Origin: Eremomyces bilateralis CBS 781.70
Taxonomy: Eukaryota
Strand: one strand, 5' to 3'
Length of the DNA stretch: 64,000 bases
NCBI GenBank assembly: GCA_010015585.1
Contig: ML975149.1
Position 1 is the first letter of the stretch; each line of letters begins with the position of its first letter. The position numbers were made by a program, and so were the translations under genes. The notes below the pieces were generated by a model. It made no database searches. It saw only the letters and a program-made list of their open reading frames with translations, and was not told where the DNA came from. Below are positions 13,118 to 25,118 of the stretch, in pieces.

Positions 13118-16076
13118 CTAATACTCAAAGTCGTCATCAACCGACGGTCCCTTGGGCTTCGAGGACGCATCTTGCTTCCTGTACATCTCCGCCACCATCC
13201 TGCTCGAAGTCGCCTGGTCGGGCTTCTTATCGTCTCGCACCCTGATGAACCGTGGGAACCTCAAACTAACCCCTTTCCCTCCTGCCATCTCCTCCGCAGC
13301 GGCTTTGTACCGCGGGCTGAGCGTCAAGTCCGCCGTCTTGACCTCCCAGACCATCTGTGGCTCGAACCACACGTCGGGCTGATCCTTGTTGCCAGCGCTG
13401 TGCGAGTAGAATGGCTTCGCTTTCTCAATGACCATCTCGGACAGTTTGGTATGGAACTCTTCGAGGATGGCTTCGGAGAACCCAGTGCCGATGTTGCAGA
13501 CGGTCTCGTATTTCTCGGTGCTGGGGTTCCAGCAGGCCAGGAGGAACGCACCGTATACGGATGTCCGCTTGCCTTTGCCGAAGTAGGCCCCGAGCACGAC
13601 AAGATCGAGGGAGTCCCCCACGCCGGCAAGGTAGTCTTTCTTCACTTTCAGCCAGTTCTGGCTTCGTTTGCTGGGTTCGTAGCTGCTCTCGGGCCCGTCC
13701 AGCATCTTCACCATCAATCCTTCACAGGCGGCTTTCATGCTCTCTTCAAGAATGGCTTGGATCTCTTCGAGTTCGTTCGTGTCCTTGTAGGTCGCGAAAG
13801 AAAACTCCCCTTCAACCGGCGTGAAGGCCTCGTTCAACATTTCTCTACGCTCACGGAATGTCTTCTTGACCAGCGCCTGAAGGGGTTAGCTGGGTTGATA
13901 TACGGGACTCATTGCACGTACCTCTCCGTTCAGGAAGAGAAGATCGAACGCAAACACGCAGACCTTGACCTTGACATCCTCAACCTTGACATCCTTCCGT
14001 TTCCGCGTCATCAATTGCTGAAACGGAAGCAGCTTCTTCTCCACCACATCCCACGCGACCGTTTCGCAATCCAGCACGAAGCTCTTCGTAGTATCCTTCA
14101 CCCACGTCGGAAGCTTCGCGAGGATGTCGGGATATTTCTTGCTGAGGTCCTCCGAGTTTCTCGAGAAGATGTTCGCCACGCCTTTCACGGATTTGCCGGC
14201 CGAAGGGATGTCCGTGGCGAAGCTTTGCGGAGCGTCATGCGCGACGTAGTGGATCTGTGCACGCTCTCCATCGTATTTGTATTCACAGGTGAAGTCCTTG
14301 CCTTCGAAGCGATCAAGAACTTCGGTGATAGATTTGGTTGGACGAGCCAACATGGGTTTGAGCGGTACTCCAGGTTGGAGTCTGCAATTGTCTTGAAGAT
14401 TACCCAGTCCGTGTTGGAGAATCATCGGTATGATGACTTCGTAGCTTGGAAGCTCGCTGCGTTTGGCTGTCAGTCCATCGTGATCACAAGTATAGCGCTA
14501 TGGAGTGATTACCTGTAAACCGTTTTTAGGGTCCTTTCACCCTGGGCGAGCTGCTCCGTGCTAGGGACCTTCTTGCCATCGTTCGCCGTTGTGATCTCAT
14601 GGAACACCACGGCCTGAGCTAGAGCAACCAGCGCGGTTTTTTCTGCGAGACCAAGCCTGAGTTTTCCCTCTAGCGTTCTCACAATGAACTTTGCTTCACT
14701 TGCGCCACCCTTGTTTTCGGTGATGTCAACCCCCTTTGCGCCCTTCCCTACGCTTTCCGCATCGGCGGCCGAGAGGAGTTTCTTTATGCCGGCAATCTTT
14801 CGTCCCTGAGATCCCTGACCTTCGACGGTAGCGATACTCATAAGCCCTGCATGAACGCCACGGACCGTTAACGGCTTCGGTTTGAACATTGTAGGCTGGT
14901 TGAGACGACTCTTCGCGGCGACCAGACCGAGATCTCCAATCTCGTTTTGATCGGCCTTGATAACTTGAAGACTCCGACCAGTGCTCTCTCCAACCGCTTT
15001 CATGATCAGGGATTCGCCAATACCCAGCTCAATCCCGGAGTAATCGGCAGCCAGTTTGTTTACCATGAGTAAGATCGTAGGGAGAAGGTCACCGGGAGTC
15101 AACCGCAGGACCTGTTGTAGAAACAGAGAGCAGTGCGCCATGATCTCTAGCCGTTTGGTCGTCATCTCAACCTTCGAGAATGTGGCGCAGAGCGCAGCAT
15201 ACGGCACCGGGTCACCCGCTTTCCAATCCGGATATGGATCCTTTCCACCCCCCTTAACAACAGTCTGGATCTTTTCGCGGGCTTTTGCAACGACCTCCGG
15301 CTTCTCCTCTCCTTCACTGTCTGCCTCGCTTTCTGCAGCTGAGTCGCTCTTTGTTGACTCCGCTTCATCCTCGTCCTTCGCCTTTTGGGGAACCTTGGCC
15401 GCGGCGAGCTTGACTGGGCTCTTTGGTGCCCCCTGTGCTGCCGCCCTGCCTCCTTCGGAGCCTTTCGATGGAGAGGGTGAGATCGAGTCCTTCTTCGGCT
15501 GTGGCTTCTTGCTTTCGACTGGCTTTGGTGCCTGCTTGCGCTGCCGCTTGGTTGGGGGTTCGTCGCTATCATCCTCTGATTTTGAGTCCTCCTCTTCGGC
15601 AATAGTCCTCTTCCCATTCAACGAACTCCTCCTCGCCCCGATCTCGCCAGAGTCATCCGGACTCTTCGCCGGTGTTTCGGCGGTCGACTCTTCCATTTTG
15701 ACATCGGCCTCATCGTTCACCTCAGCCTCATCTTTGTCAGCAACTGCTGTGTTTGCTTTCTCCTCTGGTGCATTCTTCATCACCAGCGTCGATTGCCGTG
15801 GGGCAGCTTTAGAAGCGGTTCCATTCGGCTTGCCGAAGAATTTCCTGTGTAACGTAAGTCGCCATTATCCAAACAGGCGGACGCGACAGCCACATACCCG
15901 AGGGTCTGCTGCCTCGATTTAACATACCCAAGTGTTGATTGTTTAGACATGGTTGCTGGGTGGGGGAAGAGTAGGTTCGAGAAGGACCGAATGAAGGGAG
16001 ACGGATGGCTCACATGGATTGAGCGGGGTGGAACGAGTGTATTGAACACGATGGATCGAGAGAGACGATGTAGCAT
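13118..16076 (-). CDS. CDC9: DNA ligase I; ATG 16076 (putative mitochondrial form) and ATG 15950 (nuclear form); introns 15897 or 15927 to 15845, 14512-14457, 13921-13877
   Basis: Active-site CEYKYDGERAQIH, PLKPMLA, CEGLMVK, WLKVKKDY, SLRFPRFIRVRDDK; N-terminal PIP box QxTLGKFF. Confidence 0.97.
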
Positions 16077-16188
16077 GCCACACGGGCTAGTGAAGGGTAA
16101 ATTAAGAATTTGATGTGATTTGCCGATTATGGAGAAGCAGTCAATAATAACTGCTGATCAGATTGACTTCACTTCCACAGTTCCATTG

Positions 16189-16215
16189 ACGCGTCGCAGG
16201 CGTCCAGTCACGCGT
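16189..16215. promoter_or_regulatory. Two MCB (MluI cell-cycle box) elements in the CDC9/MAK21 divergent promoter
   Basis: ACGCGTCGC starts at 16189 and at 16210, 113-134 bp upstream of the first CDC9 ATG. Confidence 0.7.
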
Positions 16216-16391
16216 CGCTTGTTTTGCCTTATTGCCTCAGGCAACAGACCCTTTCGGTGGCAGATCTCCCTGCAACGGCCCCACCCCAAAATTTCGAGAA
16301 TTTCATCATCTTCATGGAATCGAAAAGCTCGATTGATTCATCCCAAGCACCAGATACCTAATATCAAGATACATTGCTTAATTTCGGCAAA

Positions 16392-19083
16392 ATGGGGAAG
16401 AAAAGGAAGCCCTTGGAACGATTTGAGCGTAATTCGGAGTCGAAGCGCCCCAAATCCGAGCCAACATTTGCACCGAAATCGAAGAAGAGGAATCTGGTAT
16501 GGCACAGTTGATCTGACGATCTTACAAGATTGCTGACGAATTGCTCAGGACATAGAAATTGGATCAGACTGGCATGCTGTCCAACTACCCTCCATCCCGA
16601 TCTCCGACTCCGTTGTTCAGCCACCCAAGCGTGTACTAGATGAATTGCACAACCATGCCAACCAGCTCCTCGACGCCGAGGTCGCCAAATACGAGCAGGA
16701 GACCTCGTCCCGGTCGAACTCCACGCAGCGGTTCATGTCGACCATCATGACGTCCGGAACCCTGGAGGATAAGATCTCCGCCCTGACCTTGGGCGTCCAG
16801 GAGTCCCCGCTGCACAACAAAAAGGCCTTCGAGAGCCTCGTCAGCCTGGCGGACAAGCGCAACCGTGGCCAGTCCCTGATGGCGCTGGGAGCGATCAACG
16901 ATTTGCTCGCTCAAGGGTCGGTGCTCCCATCTGACCGCAAACTTCGATACTTTGCGAAGAATCCCGCGCTGCTGAGCGCGCTTGAGGGACAAGATATGAA
17001 GAATTGGAAGGCGGGCGACGAGCTTCCGGAACCCATCCGGCCCGCGCACCTGATCGTGTGGGCGTTCGAGGACTGGCTGAAGCATACGTTCTTCAAGATC
17101 CTGACAGCGCTAGAGACCTGGTGCAACGACGAAGTCGAATACTCGCGCAGCCGAGCGCTGACGTACATTGCCGATCTCCTGAACGCCAAGCCGGAGCAAG
17201 AGGAGAATCTCCTTCGACTGTTGGTGAACAAGGTTGGAGATACGAACCGCAAGGTCGCGTCGAAAGCGTCGTTTCTGCTGCTGCAGCTGCAGACCAAGCA
17301 TCCGGCCATGAAGGAGACGGTCATCAACGCCATGGAGGCTGACCTGATTTTCCGTCCGGGTCAAAACGATCATGCCAAGTACTACGCGGTCATCACATTG
17401 AACCAGACGGTGCTCAGCATGAAGGAGCAGACGCTGGCGAATAAGCTGTTGGACATCTACTTCGGCCTGTTCCTAGTATTACTAAAGATATCAGAGAAAA
17501 ACGAGAACACCCCGGTGGTCAAGGCACCCGAGCCGGAGCAACGGCGCAAATTCAACAAGAAGAAAGGAAAACCGCTCCCATCTGACAAGCCGGCGGAAGA
17601 GCTCAACGAGAAGCTGGTGTCCCAAATTCTTGCTGGCGTCAACCGAGCGTTCCCATTCGCGGATACCAGCGATGCGACCTTCGAAGCACACATTGACACT
17701 ATCTTCCGGGTCACTCATTCGTCCAATTTCAATACCGGCATTCAGGCTTTGATGCTACTGCAGCAGTTCACCAGCAGAAAACATCTGGCGGTCGACCGAT
17801 ATTACCGGGTGCTCTACGAGTCGCTTCTCGACCCTCGACTTCTGACGTCCTCGAAACAGATCATGTATCTGAATCTGCTGTACAAGTCGCTCAAATCGGA
17901 TGTTAGCATCAAACGAGTCAAGGCTTTCGTCAAGCGACTACTGCAGGTCACGACATTACATGAGCCTTCGTTCGTCTCAGGCGTACTATACCTTGTCCAT
18001 GAGCTCAACAAGACCATCCCCAACCTTCATTCTATGCTCAGCCAGCCCGAAGAAGGCGCCGACGATGAACGCGAGCACTTCGTCGACGTCCCCGAATCCC
18101 CTACCGATGCCCCTCCCCAAACCACCGATACTGCCCCGCGCCCCCGCTACGATCCTCGCAAGCGCGACCCCGAACACAGCGGCGCCGAGCACACCTGCCT
18201 CTGGGAGCTCGTACCCTACCAAATCCACTACCACCCGTCCGCGCAGCTCTTCGGCTCCCGCTTCCTCTACTCGGAGGAAATGCCCCCCAAGCCCGATGCC
18301 ACACACCACACGCTGATCCACTTCCTGGACCGCTTCGTCTACCGTGGCGCGCGCGCCTCCAAGGCGACATCGACGCGCGGCGTCTCGATCATGCAACCGC
18401 TCGCGGGCACGGGGGCGGAGGACGTGCTGATCAAGAGCAAGGCGGGCGGGATGGCGGAGGCGCCGTTGAATGAGCAGAGTTTCTGGCAGAAGAAGGTGGA
18501 GGAGGTACCGGTGGATGAGGTGTTCTTCCATAAGTACTTCAACCAGCCGGCGAACAAGAAGAAGATGGCGAACAAGAAGAGGAAGGATGGCGATGCTGAG
18601 GAGGGGAGCGATGCGGATAGCGAGATGGGCGATACGGAGGTGTGGAAGGCGTTGGTGGATTCGCAGCCGGAGTTAGAGGAAGATGAGGAGGATGCGGATG
18701 AGTTTGAGGATGACAACGAAGATCTGGGCAGCGGGTTCATGGAGGACGAGGAGGACGAAGACGAAGACGAAGATGCAGAGGTCGAATTCGGCGACGACCA
18801 AGACGAGGGCGAAGATGCCGAACTGTCCGAAGTCGAGCTCAACCTCGAGAGCGACGACGACATGTTCGGCAGCAGCGATGAGGACGGCGAGCTCCCCGAC
18901 CACATGATGTCGGTGCTCGAGGAGGCATTAGCAAAGGAGCGCGCGCCGACCACTGCGCCGGCCGAGAAGGAGGAGGATCCGAAAAAGGCGGGCAGGGCGC
19001 GGAAGCGGAAGTTGAAGCAGTTGCCGATGTTCGCGTCGGCGGATGACTATGCGAAATTGCTGGAGGGGGACGATGAAGAGTAG
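16392..19083 (+). CDS. MAK21: Ribosome biogenesis protein Mak21/Noc1 (CBF/Mak21 domain); intron 16497-16548
   Basis: SGTLEDKISALTL.VQESPLHN, KPEQEENLLRLLVNKVGD, HSSNFNTGIQAL, YDPRKRDP, acidic tail and LPMFASADDYAKLL end. Confidence 0.95.
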
Positions 19084-20294
19084 GGGTTGATAGGGAGGGT
19101 CGAACTACGGATGGGAATGCGTTCACGTCTGGGCAAAGGCTTTCTCCATTGGCAAGAATCAAAATACTTGTATCGGAAATGAGGTTGGGCTGTAGACAGG
19201 TGTATTCAATGTAATGGTCATTGATGACTTCATTTGGTTAGTTTGGAGGATCATGTTTGGTAGTAGAGCGACTGTGAGAGGGAAAGTTCTTCCGATGTCT
19301 GGTGTGATGAGCTGACGATGTGCTGGCTCGAGGGTTGAATCTAGATGGTTTGTTTTAGACTTTGATGATAAGATCACGATAAGGCATCTATCAAGCAATA
19401 CGAGACATCAAGGCAGAAATACTTTCTAATCATTATCAACCGCGAATATCCGCAGCTCTCTGCAGTCTACACAGTTCAAATGATTACAACATTAATGATT
19501 ACAATATCAATTGACAGGGACACGCTTTTTACACTGAATGAACCTCAATAGGAAGTTCAGACGACAACCGTAGTCGGAAAATTCCGCGTCAATTGGATGC
19601 CCTGCCCAATTCGCATATCTCGGCCGCGTCGTCATTGTTCATTCCCTGTTCTCTCCCAGAGGCATCCCCGACATTGACGCAGATGGCGCGCATCCACCAT
19701 TGGGACTCGGACCGTTCCAGCGGCAAGATCAGTTCATCGCTCACCATCTCGCTTTTCCACTAGGCCCATGGTCTATTTCCATTGGCACCCAGAACCAAAC
19801 TCTCAATGCGGGGAACTAGGTTGTCTGGATGGCATGCGGAGACTAGACCCGCGAGCTTCCCAGTTGGGAAGTTGTCAAGACGGATCCCCACGGTTGCATC
19901 GTGATCGTCATGCTTTCTTCGCATCCTGTGCCCACCACCGAGCCTAGGGATAACGGGGATGATTTTGTCTGGGGAAAATGGAGTCGTTGGCTCTATGCGG
20001 CTACGGAGGGCGAAGAGCGAACGACTCCCGGCGCTTTTTGCATCGTCACTTGAAGGCTCTCCGACGTCAGCCAAGCTTGATGACAATTCCATGGAAAACA
20101 TGAACAGGAGCGGCGGTTGACGGTGCATGGAGAAGGTGCGGAGATCGTGAGAGACGGGGCCAGTTCTGCCGTAAGGAATATAATCCACTCATTGCCCTCA
20201 TCGGCTGCTGAAGAATGGTTTATGATCCTTCGCTGCGTTTGGTGAGCCCGAGACAACTGAATTGCATGCCGTCGTCGTGACTTCTTCCACGATC

Positions 20295-22516
20295 ATGGTG
20301 ACCTTCAAGAGGATATCGATCACGCTGCTTGTTTCGATTCCATTCGTTTTTGCGTTGTACGAGAACGGCACCGTCATCGCACCATGCGATTCTCCTGTCT
20401 ACTGTCATGGAGACATCCTTCACGAAATTGAGTTGGCACAGCCGTTCACCGACTCGAAAACATTCGTAGACCTGTAAGTTGGACTCCGCATTGTTCCAAG
20501 TTGCAAGCTCTTCCAATGATCGATTTCTCCAAGAAATCCGGAATCCGCAAGACATCCCGGTTCAACTCGTATTGTGTGAAGTGCATACAAGACCGTCTGC
20601 GGAGTGGCGCTAACTAATGCTGCAGGCCAACAATTCGTCCATTGGATGAGGTCATCGCCGCCTTCGGTAACCTGTCGCGGCCGATCACCAACAACTCGGA
20701 TCTCAACGACTTCCTAACCACCTACTTTGGCGAAGAGGGCACCGAGCTGGAAGAAGTGCCGCGGGAGTCCCTATCCACCCACCCAGTATTCCTGGACCGG
20801 GTCAACGACACCGTGATTTCCGAGTTCGTCGAGAAGGTCATCGACATCTGGCCGGACCTCACGAGGCAGTATGTTGGCCGGGACAATTGCACTGGCTGCG
20901 TCGACAGCTTCATCCCCGTCAACCGCAGCTTCGTGGTCGCGGGCGGCCGGTTCCGTGAGCCGTATTACTGGGACTCGTTCTGGGTGATCGAGGGGCTGCT
21001 CCGCACGCAGGGCAACTTCACGGAGATTGCGAAGAATATCATTGAGAATTTCCTCGATCTGGTCGATACAGTGGGATTCGTGCCCAATGGAGCAAGGATC
21101 TATTACTTGAATCGCTCGCAGCCGCCACTTCTGTCGTTTATGGTGGATGCCTACGTGCAGTATACGAAGGATACAAGCATCGTGGAGCGGGCATTGCCGC
21201 TGTTGATTAAGGAGCATGACTGGTGGATGACGAATCGAACGATCCAGGTCAGCGCAGAAGGGGAGACGTACACTCTAAACAGGTGAGTATCAGTGCTCAT
21301 ATCCATGGTCCTAAATCTGACTGATCTCGGTACCAGATATGCGGTGACGAACACGCAGCCTCGACCAGAATCATACCGTGAAGACTACGTCACCGCCAAT
21401 AATCAGTCCTACTACGCTGAATCCGGCATCATCTATCCTACAACCCCATTGGACGAGACTGAAAAAGTTGCACTCTATGCCAACCTCGCCAGCGGAGCAG
21501 AGTCCGGCTGGGATTACACCACACGATGGCTCGCCACTCCCTCCGATGCACTGAGGGACATGTATTTCCCTCTCCGCAGCCTCAACAACTACGAGATTGT
21601 CCCCGTCGATCTCAACTCCATCCTCTACGGCAACGAACTGGTCATCAGCAAGTACCTCTCCGCTGTCGGCAACGAGACTGGCGCGACGCATTACGCCAAC
21701 CTCGCCCAACAGCGTAGCGACGCCATTTACGCCCTCATGTGGAACTCCACATACAACAGCTTCTTCGACTACAACCTCACCTCCTCCTCCCCCTACATGT
21801 GGATCCCCGCCGCGGACGACGACGCCACAGCCGCCGAAACCGCCGGTGCCCCCCCAGGCTCCCAACTTTTCTTCCACGCCGGCCAATTCTATCCCTTCTG
21901 GACCGGTGCCGCGCCCCCGCACCTCAAAAACAACCCCCTCGCCGTCTCCCTCGCCTACACCCGCGTCGCCCAGTACCTCGACGACAAAGCCGGCGCCATC
22001 CCTGCCACGAACTTGCAGACGGGCCAGCAATGGGACCAGCCGAACGTCTGGCCGCCGCTGATCTACATCCTCCTCAAGGGCCTCCTCAACACCCCCGCAT
22101 CGTTCGGTGCCGCCGATGATGCCTACCAGTCGGTCCGCGCGCTCGCTGGTCGCCTCGCGCAGCGGTACCTCGACTCGACGTTCTGCACGTGGCGCGCGAC
22201 AGGAGGTTCGACGAGCGAGACGCCGAAGCTAGACGGGCTGGCGGCGGAGGCGGAGGGCATCATGTTCGAGAAGTATGCAGACAACGCGACGAACGTGGCG
22301 GGAAGCGGGGGGGAATATGAGGTGGTGGAGGGGTTCGGGTGGACGAATGGTGTGTTGATCTGGGTCGCGGATACGTTTGCGGAGGGGCTGACGAGGCCGG
22401 AGTGTGGGGAGTTGACGCCGGCGCATTTGAGTGGAGGTGGGGCGAGGAGGGCGGTAGAGTTGGATCCGAGGGATGGGCGGTGGGTGAGGAAGTTTGGGAA
22501 GCGCAATAGGGATTGA
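20295..22516 (+). CDS. Secreted alpha,alpha-trehalase, GH37; exons 20295-20473, 20626-21282, 21337-22516
   Basis: Signal peptide; DSKTFVDL, VAGGRFREPYYWDSFW, PNGARIYYLNRSQPPLL, PRPESYRED, ASGAESGWDY, QQWDQPNVWPP, GGEYEVVEGFGWTNG. Confidence 0.95.
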
Positions 22517-22807
22517 GGAGGCGTGAAGGAATGTTTAGCTACTGCGGATGGTGCTGTAGCCGGCCAGTAAATCTGCCATCACTGATGCCAGATCATGGCA
22601 TATAATAATGATGTATTTTACCTTTCACGAGATACTATTAGTGCATTTCTCAACTGAAAGCTTTTCAGTCGCAACGGTTTGAAGAGCGACGGAGCTTCCA
22701 ATTTCCAATATCGAACGTTTACGATCTATATTGATATATGGCAGCCATTGCAACAGTATCACCGGAACCTCCAATACGATTCCCTTCCCTTAGTGCTGCA
22801 ACACTTC

Positions 22808-25118
22808 TCACGCAGCCCGCTTCGCCGGCAGCTCGTTAATCTCCGTCACCTCACCACCCGCCAGCTCCCTCACCTCACCACCCCCCAGCTCCCTCACCTC
22901 ACCACCCCCCAGCTCCGCCTTCTCGAAATCTCCCTGGTTACGCGCCTGCTCGAAATTCTCCTGGTCACGTGCCTCCTCGTCCCCCAACTTATCCTTGGCG
23001 CCCAGGTTTTTGCCCTGGTAGGTCGACTCGGGCAGCAGGTTGAGGGCCTCCTCCTCGGCGTCGAGCTTGTGGAAGAACCACCAAAAGGCAACACCACCGC
23101 AGAACGCGATGATTGCCACGGAGCCATAGTTCCACTCCAGCAGCGGGTCCTCGGACAGCGCGGTGAAGGCCTGGCCGATGGCGGAGGAGACGGCCTGGCT
23201 GAAGTGGTAGAAGCCGAAGACCATGCCTTTCATGTTGGCGGGGGCTTTGGTGTAAGCGTATTCGAGACCGGTGATGGAGGCAAAGATTTCGGCGAGACCG
23301 ACCAGGACGTACTACAGTGTGTTAGTCGGGAGATGCTTCTCTCTAGGGTTTCGAGGATGGGAAGAGGAGACATACCGCTCCGGTTTGGGACCACACGTTG
23401 ATTGGCGCGGCCGGTTCATCGCACGTGTTCATATATTTCCCGCACGCTCCGGTCTTATAGATGTAATGTTGCACGACCGCGGCCCAGATCATAGCGGAGC
23501 ATGCAACAAAGAAGCCTGCGCACATGCGGCGCAGCGGGGTGAACCGAATCTTCATTTTCCGAAGGGCCGGATATATGAGCTGATCGAGGATCGGGATCAT
23601 GATGATGATTCCAAGCGGGTTCATGTTGTTGATCAAGTCGTTCGGGGCACCGTGCAGAGACATGGTTGCCGCCTGCGATACCAAGTTGCCGTCGATTTGG
23701 TTGTACGCGAGCCAGAAGAGGGGGTAGAAGATGAAGACACCGCAGGCCTTGACTCCACGAGCTACTTCATCGACCCAGGCGTCGTCAAAGGTCATCCACT
23801 TCGGCTTGTTCACGACACGGGAAGGCTTCACATCTTCCCAGAAGGTGCCCGAATTGAAGTTCCTTGCGCTGGAGGTAGGTGGTCAGCTTGGATCCCGGCG
23901 TAGAGATCGCACTGGGGAAACTTACGTCGTGACTGGGTTAGGCGACACCTTGCCCCTCATTGCGTACTTCATCAGCCGGGCCGACTTGCCCAACACAGAA
24001 CCAGTCGGCGGCTTGTTGACATAGCGGTTGTTGAAGACGGCCAGAACGATGGGGCAGAGTGCGAACATGATGGTGGGCAGCAAGTACGACAGCCAGAAAC
24101 CGACATAACGTTCCGCGTAGACCATACTAACCTGCCCGGTGATGGAGCCGACATTGATGAACATATAGAAGTACATGAAGATTCGCTGGGTGGTGACAGC
24201 GGGATCGACAATGACTCGCTCGCCGGTTGCCAAGGTTTTGATGTGCATCGGCTTGGATTTCAGCTGGTCAACCATGAGGGGAGAGACATTGGGTCTTGTT
24301 GGAGTCAGCTACAGTTCAATAATGGAGTAAGTCAGAGCCCTGCTTACTTGAATCCTCCCACACCAGTACCGAAGAAGACGAGACCCACAGCCAGGCAGCC
24401 CATGGCACCTGTGGGGTTCTTGATCACTTGAGGAATAGCGGAGATAATGATAATGACATGTCCGAACATAGCACACGCAATTGACATCTGGATGGTCTTG
24501 ATCTTTCCCCATTTAGAGTCGGCAATATATCCTCCAAAGAGCGGCGTAAAGTAGGACCAGAATCGATTGACTAGGATTATTAGTAACCTGACCTGCTTTG
24601 GAGGGGCCTGGAATCCTTACACAACACGAGACCAGTGGAAGCACGCTGGCCATAGTTAAGCGCACCAGGTCGTCCATCATCGCGGGGGTCGTTTCCAGTA
24701 GTAGATCCTTCGGGTAGTGGTCGCTGAACGAAGTTGACCACTGAATCACAATCAGTCATTGTGCATCAGATGTGCTCTACAAAGATACTTACACACTGCA
24801 GTCGTTCCGTAGTACGCAAATCGTTCGCCTGGACATCTCGCAGTTAGCCATCAATATGCCCAATTGGACCGATTCGGAATGCATACAAAGTTCCACGAAG
24901 GTGACGGTGAAGGCGATCCACGGGATACGTCCAGGAACGCGCCTCAACGTCTCGATCTCTTCTTCCGTGGGGAGTACATATCCCGAGTCGTCGTCCGAAA
25001 GGGGCTCGGGAAATGCGACCTCGTCTTGTTTCTTCTCCAATGGCGGAGTCGGATCCCCGAGGCCTTTAACCTGTGCCTTGGCTATGTCAGGAGCTTCGGC
25101 GGTTGCGTCGAAAGCCAT
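22808..25118 (-). CDS. PTR2: POT/PTR family di/tripeptide transporter, multi-exon
   Basis: ExxERFxYYG motif across an intron (VELC/ERFAYYG), TPLFGGYIADSKWG, GTGVGGFK, FMYFYMFINVGS, SITGLEYAYTKAPANMKG. Confidence 0.93.
22846..22979 (-). repeat. Coding minisatellites in the PTR2 C-terminal tail
   Basis: About 3 copies of a 24-nt unit (22846-22916, ELGGGEVR) and 2 copies of a 27-nt unit (EEARDQENF / EQARNQGDF). Confidence 0.9.

Noticed and set aside
13172..14518. 448-aa plus-strand ORF
   Set aside because: Antisense shadow of CDC9, explained by codon bias; no start context or recognisable domain. The same applies to the many antisense ORFs over MAK21, trehalase, RXT2 and COX10.
19760..20188. 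142-aa minus-strand ORF in the trehalase promoter
   Set aside because: No domain or convincing splice structure; probably chance.
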